A stretch of 58,128 bases of DNA from Pseudomonadota bacterium (GTDB lineage Bacteria > Myxococcota_A > UBA9042 > GCA-2863065): contig CANMLD010000004.1 of assembly GCA_947498315.1 (NCBI GenBank), positions 1-58,128 of the forward strand, in the 5' to 3' direction. Under the pieces are notes generated by a model that worked only from the letters and a program-made list of their open reading frames with translations, did no database searches and was not told the DNA's origin. Below, piece after piece: positions 44,855 through 52,348 of this stretch. The number at the start of each line of letters is the position of its first letter. Positions within the stretch are counted from its first letter, which is position 1. The translations under genes and the position numbers were made by a program.

Positions 44855-47427
44855 GGGACGTCGACGGGGAGCGACAGGAGGTTCTGGAAGAGCCGAAAGG
44901 CCCCGGGGACGCCCGCCGGGAGTTGCCTGAAGAACGCGAGGCCCGTGTAGACATAGACGCCGCGACCGTGGCGGGCGACGAGGAGGCCGCCATCTTGAGG
45001 TGGCTCTCCCGGATCGGCAGAGGAGAAGATGGCGCTGTACTTCGGATCCCACTCAGAGGCGTAGTAGAGGCCGCGTTCTTGAACCCAGCCCTCGAAGTCG
45101 CCTGGTGTGAGCGCGTTCGGCGATGTGAGGGCAGGGTGCGCTGCATCCTTTGGCGTCATGGTCGCCGTCTCGTCGGTCACGCGGCCCTGCGCGACCGTGA
45201 ACGGGTAGGGGCCAATAGGGCCCTTCAGTGGGGCGAGCCGGCTGTTGGTCATGTACTGAACGATGAGGCGGCCGCCAGACTCGACCCACGTGAGGAGGCT
45301 CGGGAGCCGACCGTGCAGATCGGGGGTGTGGTTGAAGGCGCGCACGCCAATGACCACGGCGTCTAGGTTGGCGAGCACCGCAGGCTCGAGCTGTGGCGCA
45401 TCGAGCTCTATCACCGTGTAACCCACGGCCTCGAGCGATTCGGCGACTCGGTCTCCCGGACCCGCGATGAGGCCGATGCGGCCACGTTTCCCCGCGAGGG
45501 TCACCGGGACCAACCGAGCTACCGCGGGCTCGCGCACGGTCAACGCAGGGATATGCGGATAGGCAATCGTGGTTTCACCGGTCGCCGCGACGGGCCCGGC
45601 GCCGCTGCCGTCATCGATGAGGACGCGCATACGTCCATCGCCCGCCGACAGGGCGTCCTGCGTCCCTGAGACTCGAAAGACCACCGCCTTTGGGGCCGGC
45701 GTCCCATCCAAGGTCACGGCGATGACGGCGGGGGAGGCGGTCCACCCCGCCGGGACCTCGAGTGAGACCTGAGCTGTCCCGCTTTCGCCCAAGCTGCTCA
45801 CGGTCACCGACACGTCGACCGGCTCGCCATTCGGGATCATGACGGCAGGGCTGTTGAACCGAGCCGAGTGACGGGTGGCGGTCTCTACCCGGGTCGTCAG
45901 CTCACCATCGATCGGGTCCACCCACGCCGTCAGGAGCGGGGTTCGAACCACAATGGCGACACCTGCCACCCGAAGATCCATGGCGACTTGCAGAGCGGCT
46001 TCCGAACGCTCCGGCTCACCGAGCTCAGTCGCGAGCACGTCCCACGGGGCGTCGTCGAGCCTGAACACGGCAGCGGCGTTCGTCGGTTCTCGTTTCGGCA
46101 GCGTGAGGTCGTGGGAGATGACCGTCGGCACATTCGGTTTCACCGATGCCGCTGTCGGCTCTCGGAGCTTCACATGACCGTCTGGGAAGCGAATCGCTTC
46201 CCAAGTGACATCGCCACCCTGACGGGCATTGAAGGCCACCGTCACGGGGATGGCCTTGCCATTCGGGGCCGCTCGGACAGGGGCCGTGAGCTGACCAGCA
46301 CGGGCTTCGACCGTGATCCCAGCGCACGCGATCAGGAGCGACTCGACTTCATTGAGTTTATGAGCGACCCAGAGCGCCTCGGTGGAGCGAGGCTTCAATG
46401 TCGAACTCAGCGAGGAGACTGCCCGATGAAGCTTCTCGAGGGCCGGGAGCGACTTCTCTGGTGCCCGAGGGTCGAAGCCTCGCTTCAGCGCGTTCAGCAG
46501 CGGCGGGACCCGCGTGCTGCCGGGGACGCGTGACCACGTGGTGTCGAACCCGGCGAAGGGGGCGTCTTTTGGTCCGGGCTCGCCGGCAAGGGGTTGGAAG
46601 TACTCCTTGATACTCCCGCGCTCGGCGGCGACGCCAAAGCCCTGTGACTTGTGCATCGACCGGCTACGGGCGGCCAGCTCGCCGACCGTCGTCCCGAGCA
46701 GCGGCACGTAGGCACCGATCTCGGCGCTCTGGAAGCCCGAGAGGTCGGTCTCAGGCGTGAAGCGCCAGTGCGAGACGTTGTGGATGAGACGGTGAGCTTG
46801 CCAGACGTCGACGTAGGTCAACTGTTCGGGGAAACGACTGGGATCGGCGGCGGCGCTGAAGGCCTGGGCGGCGAGGAGAGCGGATGCGGTGTGATGGCCA
46901 TGGTTGGGCGGCTCGGTGTTGAATCGCGTGACGATGACGTCGGGGCGCATGCGCCGTATTGCCCAGACGAGGTCACCCAGCACTATCTCTTTGCCCCAGG
47001 CCTTCAGAGTCTCGTCGGCGGTCTTCGAATAGCCGAAATCGCGCGCCCGCGAGAAGAGCTGCTCGGCGCCGTCGATACGGCGCGCCGCTAGCAGCTCCTG
47101 AGTTCGGATGAGTCCAAGCAGCTCGCCCTGTTCGGTCCCGACCAGATTCTGCCCTCCTTCACCGCGCGTGAGGGAGATGTACGCCGCTCGGAGGTGGCGA
47201 ATGCGCGTGAGCCACGTCAGTAGCCGGGTGTTCTCGTCGTCCGGGTGAGCGGCCACGTAGAGTACGCTTCCCAGAACGCTGAGGCGGTCTATCGCGGCTG
47301 TGATCTCGCCACTATGAAGCGCCGCGCGTGTCGACGGCACGGTGTGGGCGGGAGGGGCCGAGTAAGCCAGCTCCAAGGTCGCGGACGACAAGAGCATCAG
47401 GGTGAAGCCAACCATGCGCGGCACCAT
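44851..47427 (-). CDS. Secreted PIG-L/LmbE-family deacetylase fused to large C-terminal domains including a class-I glutamine-amidotransferase-like (ThuA-like) module
   Basis: Signal peptide MVPRMVGFTLMLLSSATLELAYS from ATG 47427. LYVAAHPDDENTRLL and GHHTASA are the PIG-L metal motifs. The C-terminal part is RIGLIAGPGDRVAESLEAVGYTVIELD...AVVIGVRAFN...GGRLIVQY. Confidence 0.8.
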   Translation of the reverse strand: MVPRMVGFTLMLLSSATLELAYSAPPAHTVPSTRAALHSGEITAAIDRLSVLGSVLYVAAHPDDENTRLLTWLTRIRHLRAAYISLTRGEGGQNLVGTEQGELLGLIRTQELLAARRIDGAEQLFSRARDFGYSKTADETLKAWGKEIVLGDLVWAIRRMRPDVIVTRFNTEPPNHGHHTASALLAAQAFSAAADPSRFPEQLTYVDVWQAHRLIHNVSHWRFTPETDLSGFQSAEIGAYVPLLGTTVGELAARSRSMHKSQGFGVAAERGSIKEYFQPLAGEPGPKDAPFAGFDTTWSRVPGSTRVPPLLNALKRGFDPRAPEKSLPALEKLHRAVSSLSSTLKPRSTEALWVAHKLNEVESLLIACAGITVEARAGQLTAPVRAAPNGKAIPVTVAFNARQGGDVTWEAIRFPDGHVKLREPTAASVKPNVPTVISHDLTLPKREPTNAAAVFRLDDAPWDVLATELGEPERSEAALQVAMDLRVAGVAIVVRTPLLTAWVDPIDGELTTRVETATRHSARFNSPAVMIPNGEPVDVSVTVSSLGESGTAQVSLEVPAGWTASPAVIAVTLDGTPAPKAVVFRVSGTQDALSAGDGRMRVLIDDGSGAGPVAATGETTIAYPHIPALTVREPAVARLVPVTLAGKRGRIGLIAGPGDRVAESLEAVGYTVIELDAPQLEPAVLANLDAVVIGVRAFNHTPDLHGRLPSLLTWVESGGRLIVQYMTNSRLAPLKGPIGPYPFTVAQGRVTDETATMTPKDAAHPALTSPNALTPGDFEGWVQERGLYYASEWDPKYSAIFSSADPGEPPQDGGLLVARHGRGVYVYTGLAFFRQLPAGVPGAFRLFQNLLSLPVDVP

Positions 47428-47527
47428 AAGGGGTCGACGCGGCGATCGCACTCCTTGATGCTTCAATTCTTCAGCGGGATTCACCGCCCCCCAGACGCAA
47501 CTGACGCGCGAGCTCTCGAAACGGGCG

Positions 47528-49234
47528 ATGCAAAGCCGATCGAGACTTGCGTCCAGCCTATCGGCCTGTATCACGGCAGACGTGACGCGCTCCTTTGCTG
47601 CCGCTCTTCTTTCGGGTTCGCCTGACGCACTCGAGTTCCTCCCCAATTACCTCGACACCAGCGAGCGGCTTGCCGCAGCAGAGGTGGGCGCGGGCATCGC
47701 AGACCGGCGAGCCCTCTGCGACGTGCTCGCCGCGCAGGACGTTCCGCGGGGCCCCGGAGCGCTTCGCAGCCTAGAGCGGCTCCGGCAGCCCGACGCTGTC
47801 GCCGTGGTGACTGGCCAGCAAGCCGGCCTCTTTGGCGGCCCCCTGCTCACGATTTACAAGCTCCTCTCTGCGGTCGCCAATGCCAGGGTGCTCGAGGCCG
47901 AGCTCGGCAGGCCCGTCATCCCGATGTTCTGGCTCCAGAACGAAGACCATGACTTCGCTGAGATCGCCGAGACGTGGGTTCCCGCCCGTTCGGGAGGATT
48001 GATCAGGTTGTCCGTAGAGCCAGCGCCAGGTCTCGAACGCTGCTCCGTCGCTCACCACCCGCTCGGTGAGTCCGTGGCTGGTGCGCTCTTCGAACTCTCT
48101 GCGCTCCTCGGAGACGGCCCTCTCGCGAGCGCCGTCATATCGCCGCTCCAGGGTGCGTACTCGCCCTGCCGTTCCATCGCGAAGGCCTTCGCCGAGTGGC
48201 TCTCCGGCATTTGTGACCCGATGGGCGTCATCATCGTCGACAGTCGTGATGCAGGCCTGGCTCGGCTCGCCCTGCCGATCCACCTCCAAGCGCTGGCCCG
48301 GGCGGCTGAGATCGCAGCCGGGCTCCACGCGAGAGAAGACCGGCTAGCTTCGCTCGGGTTCGTCGGTCAAGTGCACGTGCGGGAGGGCGCGCCGCTCGCG
48401 TTCTTTCACCCCGACGGACCTCTCGGGCCACGCTTCCGACTCGCTCCCTGTGAAGGGGGCTACAGTCTCATTGGGCGCGAGGGGGTCATCTCGCTGGCCG
48501 AGCTGCGAAGCGCTGCCGAAGGCGATCCTCGTGTCCTGTCGAGCTCTGCCTTGCTTCGGCCACTCATTCAGGACTTGCTCCTTCCGACCGTCGCCTATGT
48601 CGGCGGGCCGGCCGAGCTCGCTTACTTCGCTCAGATGGGTCCTCTATACGCCGCCTTCGGCCGTCCGATGCCACTCATCGTCCCGAGGGCCCGCTTTCGA
48701 CTCATCGAAGAGCGGACTCGCCGGCTCCTTACGGACCTCGCGCTCTCCCCGGACCTCGTGAGTCGTCCCCGCGACGAGCTCCTCGCCTTGATGGCGAGCC
48801 GCGACGCAGACGGCTCCGTCGACACTCCCACCGTTCCTGCGCCCTCGGAGCTCAGGGAGCGCCTTCAGGAGCGATTCAGACGCGTGATCATCGCCGAGGA
48901 GGCCGCCATCGTCACGGTAGATGCCACCTTGAGAGGCCCACTCGACAAGTTGATCGAGGCCACGTCGGAGAGCGCCGCTCGCTTCATCCTGAAATACGAA
49001 CGCGCTTGGCGTGGCCGTGACCAATTGACCGCCGACCGACTCGACCGTCTTCGACTCTTGCTCGAGCCGAACGGAGTACCCCAAGAGCGGGTTCACGGTC
49101 TCCCCTACTACCTCTCTCGATACCCTGACCTCCTCGAACGCCTCTTGGAGCGTATCGAGCCCTTTTCGGGGGCGCTCATTGACGTCGAGCTAGGCTCCCC
49201 TTCGCCGGCGCCGACGCTGGAGGTGGCTCCATGA
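47528..49234 (+). CDS. bshC: Bacillithiol biosynthesis cysteine-adding enzyme BshC
   Basis: 568 aa. LRPLIQDLLLPTVAYVGGPAELAYFAQ resembles the B. subtilis YllA/BshC core as I recall it. First gene of the bshC-bshB1-bshA run. Confidence 0.75.
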   Translation: MQSRSRLASSLSACITADVTRSFAAALLSGSPDALEFLPNYLDTSERLAAAEVGAGIADRRALCDVLAAQDVPRGPGALRSLERLRQPDAVAVVTGQQAGLFGGPLLTIYKLLSAVANARVLEAELGRPVIPMFWLQNEDHDFAEIAETWVPARSGGLIRLSVEPAPGLERCSVAHHPLGESVAGALFELSALLGDGPLASAVISPLQGAYSPCRSIAKAFAEWLSGICDPMGVIIVDSRDAGLARLALPIHLQALARAAEIAAGLHAREDRLASLGFVGQVHVREGAPLAFFHPDGPLGPRFRLAPCEGGYSLIGREGVISLAELRSAAEGDPRVLSSSALLRPLIQDLLLPTVAYVGGPAELAYFAQMGPLYAAFGRPMPLIVPRARFRLIEERTRRLLTDLALSPDLVSRPRDELLALMASRDADGSVDTPTVPAPSELRERLQERFRRVIIAEEAAIVTVDATLRGPLDKLIEATSESAARFILKYERAWRGRDQLTADRLDRLRLLLEPNGVPQERVHGLPYYLSRYPDLLERLLERIEPFSGALIDVELGSPSPAPTLEVAP

Positions 49235-50022
49235 GCCGCCCTCATCGCGCTCTCGACCTCTTGGCCTTCGCTCCCCACCCCGACGACGCCGAGCTCTTTG
49301 CAGGAGGGCTCATCGCGATCTCTGCCCGACGAGGCCACCGCGTGGGCATCATCGATCTCACACGGGGCGAGCGCGCTACCCGCGGAGATCCCGACACCCG
49401 CGCCCTCGAAGCCCAAGAGGCCGCACGTATACTCGGGCTGTGCCACCGCGAGAACCTCGGGCTCCCCGACGCCGCCCTCGCTGCCACTACGGGCGCCTTG
49501 GGTGAGCTCGATGACGTCGACTCTCCCATCCTTCGCGTCGTGAACGTCATTCGGCGACTAAGGCCCACCGTCGTCATTGCGCCGCCCCGCATCGAGCGTC
49601 ACCCCGACCATGAGCACGCGGGGGCGCTGGTGCGTCGAGCGCTGTTTCTCGCCGGGCTCGTCAAGGTGGTCGACGTCGATGCGCTGCCGCCGTTCACCCC
49701 TCGCCAGACCCTCGTCATGCCGATGCGAGTGGAGCTGCCCGTCAGCTTCGTCGTGGACATCACCGACGCCATCGAGGTCAAGCGAGAGGCCATCCTCGCC
49801 CACAGGAGCCAGGTCGGCAGCCCCGAAGCCGACGGTCCCCTCATTGGGAGCGCGCTCGCCCTGGCGGCGATCGAAGCTCGCGACCGCTATCACGGCGTCA
49901 TGATCGGCGCCGCTGCCGGCGAGCCCTACTTCATCGAGAGCGCCTTCGCCATCCCCGATCCCGTCGCATTTTTCCGAGACCTCGCGACGGGCCCAGCCCA
50001 CCTCTTCCCACGGCGGCATTGA
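49231..50022 (+). CDS. bshB1: N-acetyl-alpha-D-glucosaminyl L-malate deacetylase BshB1 (PIG-L family)
   Basis: LLAFAPHPDDAELFAGGLIA...VGIIDLTRGE...ERHPDHEHAG...AHRSQ. Overlapping stop/start on both sides. Confidence 0.8.
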   Translation: MSRPHRALDLLAFAPHPDDAELFAGGLIAISARRGHRVGIIDLTRGERATRGDPDTRALEAQEAARILGLCHRENLGLPDAALAATTGALGELDDVDSPILRVVNVIRRLRPTVVIAPPRIERHPDHEHAGALVRRALFLAGLVKVVDVDALPPFTPRQTLVMPMRVELPVSFVVDITDAIEVKREAILAHRSQVGSPEADGPLIGSALALAAIEARDRYHGVMIGAAAGEPYFIESAFAIPDPVAFFRDLATGPAHLFPRRH

Positions 50023-51245
50023 TGAGCCGCACCCGATTGCGCATCGGCGTGGTCTGCTACCCGACCTTCGGAGGTAGCGGCATCGTGGCGTCAGAGATTG
50101 CGGAAGCGATGGCCGAACGCGGTCACGAGGTCCACGTCATCTCGACGGCGCCGCCGGTACGTCTGCGGCATAGCCGCGAAAACCTTCGCTTCCATCAGGT
50201 CGGTGCCTTGGAATACCCGCTGCTCGAGCCAGGCGGTTCTTACGCGATTGCGCTCGCCAGTAAGCTAGTCGACGTCGCGACCTGGGCCGGGCTCGACGTG
50301 GTCCATGCGCACTACGCAGTCCCACACGCCACGTCGGCGTGGATGGCGCGCGAAGTGCTTGGCGACCGCCGCTTTGGGCTCGTGACGACCCTCCACGGCA
50401 CTGATATCACTCTGGTCGGCTCCGATCCGAGCTTTCAGCCGATTACGCGCTTCTCAATCGAGAAGAGCGACATCGTCACGGCGCCGTCGGAGTTCCTTCG
50501 CGCTGAGACGGGCGCACGCCTCGGCGTGCTCCGACCTGGACTCGCTCTTGCGACCTCGGCGAGTGACTCACGCCAGGACGTCACCGAGGGAATCCACGTC
50601 ATCCCGAACTTCGTCGACGTCGAGCGGTACGCCCCTCGCCGTTCCCCACCGCACGGCGAAAGCACGTCGTCGGGCGGCGCCCGTAACTGGAGTCACGCCG
50701 AACCGCTCCTCGTCCACGCGTCGAATTTCCGCCCCGTAAAGCGGATCATGGACGTCATGTCGATCTTTGGACGCGTCGCTGCACAGCGATCCTGCCGCCT
50801 CGTCATGGTCGGCGACGGCCCTGAGCGGCAACGCGCCGAGAGCTGGACGCGTGAGCACGGGCTCGCGTCGAGGGTGTGCTTCCTGGGTCGCCAAGAGGAG
50901 TTCGTCGACGTACTAGAGCAAGCGAGCGTCTTCTTACTCCCGAGCGAATCGGAGAGCTTCGGCTTAGCCGCGCTCGAGGCGATGGCATGTGGAGTCCCGG
51001 TGGTGGCCTCCCGGGTCGGCGGGCTGCCAGAGGTCATCGAGGATGGCGTATCGGGCGTACTCGCGACGCTTGGCGATGTAGACGCCCACGCGAACGCCGT
51101 GCTTTCGCTCTTGAACGACCCTGAGCGGATGGCCGCCATGCGGCTGGCAGCCCGGCAGCGAGTCCTGGACCGCTTCCAGCCGGCGCCCGTTTTGGACGCC
51201 TACGAGGTGCTCTATCTGGCCGCCGCCGGATTCCGCTCGAGGTAG
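50019..51245 (+). CDS. bshA: N-acetyl-alpha-D-glucosaminyl L-malate synthase BshA (GT4)
   Basis: RIGVVCYPTFGGSGIVASEIAEAMAERGHEVHVIS...HAHYAVPHA...TTLHGTDITLVGSDPSF...SNFRPVKR...VGDGPE...ESFGLAALEAMACGVPVVASRVGGLPEVIEDGVSG aligns colinearly with B. subtilis BshA as I recall it. Confidence 0.9.
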   Translation: MMSRTRLRIGVVCYPTFGGSGIVASEIAEAMAERGHEVHVISTAPPVRLRHSRENLRFHQVGALEYPLLEPGGSYAIALASKLVDVATWAGLDVVHAHYAVPHATSAWMAREVLGDRRFGLVTTLHGTDITLVGSDPSFQPITRFSIEKSDIVTAPSEFLRAETGARLGVLRPGLALATSASDSRQDVTEGIHVIPNFVDVERYAPRRSPPHGESTSSGGARNWSHAEPLLVHASNFRPVKRIMDVMSIFGRVAAQRSCRLVMVGDGPERQRAESWTREHGLASRVCFLGRQEEFVDVLEQASVFLLPSESESFGLAALEAMACGVPVVASRVGGLPEVIEDGVSGVLATLGDVDAHANAVLSLLNDPERMAAMRLAARQRVLDRFQPAPVLDAYEVLYLAAAGFRSR

Positions 51246-51258
51246 GTTCAGGGACTGG

Positions 51259-52095
51259 CTACTTCCAGTCCTTGAGCGCCTTCTCGACCTCGGCCTTTGA
51301 GAAGAAGTAGCTGTCCTTGTTACCGAGGTCCCACGCGATCTGGGCGAACTTCAACGCCTCGGCTTTGTCGCCCTTCCGATTCAGAATGTCCGCCTTGACC
51401 CAGTTGTTGAACCAAGTCGACTGAATCCCGATGGACTTTTCAACGAGGGCCAGCGCCTTGTCGAGGTCCTTGGCCGTGTCTGCCATGTAGCGAGCCGCGT
51501 TTAGATGCGGCCGCCACGACATGCCGAGCTCCTTGTCGATGCTCGCGAGGGCTTGCTTCGCCGTGTCGGTGCCGAAGGGCACTGAGATGCGGAGCTTCTC
51601 CCACTCGATGTCGAGCGACGCTCCGGCCTCGGTAGCGTCCGAGATGATGAAGGCAAACCGCTCACGGTGTGGAATTGCCGTCGTCTTCGCTTCCACGCGA
51701 ACCGCGTCGTCCTTCTCGTCGTACTGCTTGCCGCTAGCCCAAAGGTCGGTCGCCTTCGAGAGGACGAAGGTCCAGCCCTTCTTGGTCGGCAGCGTTACGA
51801 TGGCATAGGTGCCCGCGGCGACGGACTTTCCGTCCACCGTCACGTCACGCGAGAACGTGATCTTGGTGGCCGCGTTCGCACCGGTGCGCCAGATCTTGTC
51901 GAAGGGGACGAGGTCGCCCCAAATGGTGCGGCCCTTCACGGCGGGGCTCGAGTACTCGACCGTCACGTCCGTGAGCCCCACACGTTGCATCACCTTTGCG
52001 GCTGGGCTAGGTGCCGGCAGTTCGAGCTGTGCGAGCGCAGGGCTAGCGGCCGTCAGGGCCACGGCGAGGAGGAGTTTCGAGAGGGGGAATCGCAT
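51259..52095 (-). CDS. DUF2911-domain secreted protein with C-terminal TPR-like region
   Basis: Signal peptide MRFPLSKLLLAVALTAASPALA from ATG 52095 (GAGGAG upstream). GDLVPFDKIWRTGANAATKITFSRDVTVDGKSVAAGTYAIVTLP. Confidence 0.75.
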   Translation of the reverse strand: MRFPLSKLLLAVALTAASPALAQLELPAPSPAAKVMQRVGLTDVTVEYSSPAVKGRTIWGDLVPFDKIWRTGANAATKITFSRDVTVDGKSVAAGTYAIVTLPTKKGWTFVLSKATDLWASGKQYDEKDDAVRVEAKTTAIPHRERFAFIISDATEAGASLDIEWEKLRISVPFGTDTAKQALASIDKELGMSWRPHLNAARYMADTAKDLDKALALVEKSIGIQSTWFNNWVKADILNRKGDKAEALKFAQIAWDLGNKDSYFFSKAEVEKALKDWK

Positions 52096-52348
52096 CAATG
52101 GGCTCCTCAAACGGGTGCGTAATGAAGGTGGTGATGTGGGTTTCGAGATCAAACTTCGGCGGTCTTTCAGTGAGCGGCGCAACTGCCGAACGCCGCTGAC
52201 GCGCGATCGGGGCGGAAGACTACCGTGCGTGATCGCATCCGCAAGCGCCGACCGGGCGTTTCTCCCCGTTCCAGTCGACGTACCCTCGCAAGTCAAGTAT
52301 CGACTCAACACCCTTCCGGGCGCTCCCCTTCTGTGCCACCCTGCCGCA

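Noticed and set aside
47428-47646. 5' extension of the PIG-L-family ORF, overlapping the bshC start region.
   Set aside because: An internal ATG at 47427 yields a canonical signal peptide and removes the overlap with divergent bshC (ATG 47528).
51809-52348. 5' extension of the Ser/Thr kinase ORF (1168 aa as listed).
   Set aside because: It overlaps the well-supported minus-strand DUF2911 gene. The kinase glycine loop begins ~12 residues after GTG 52349.
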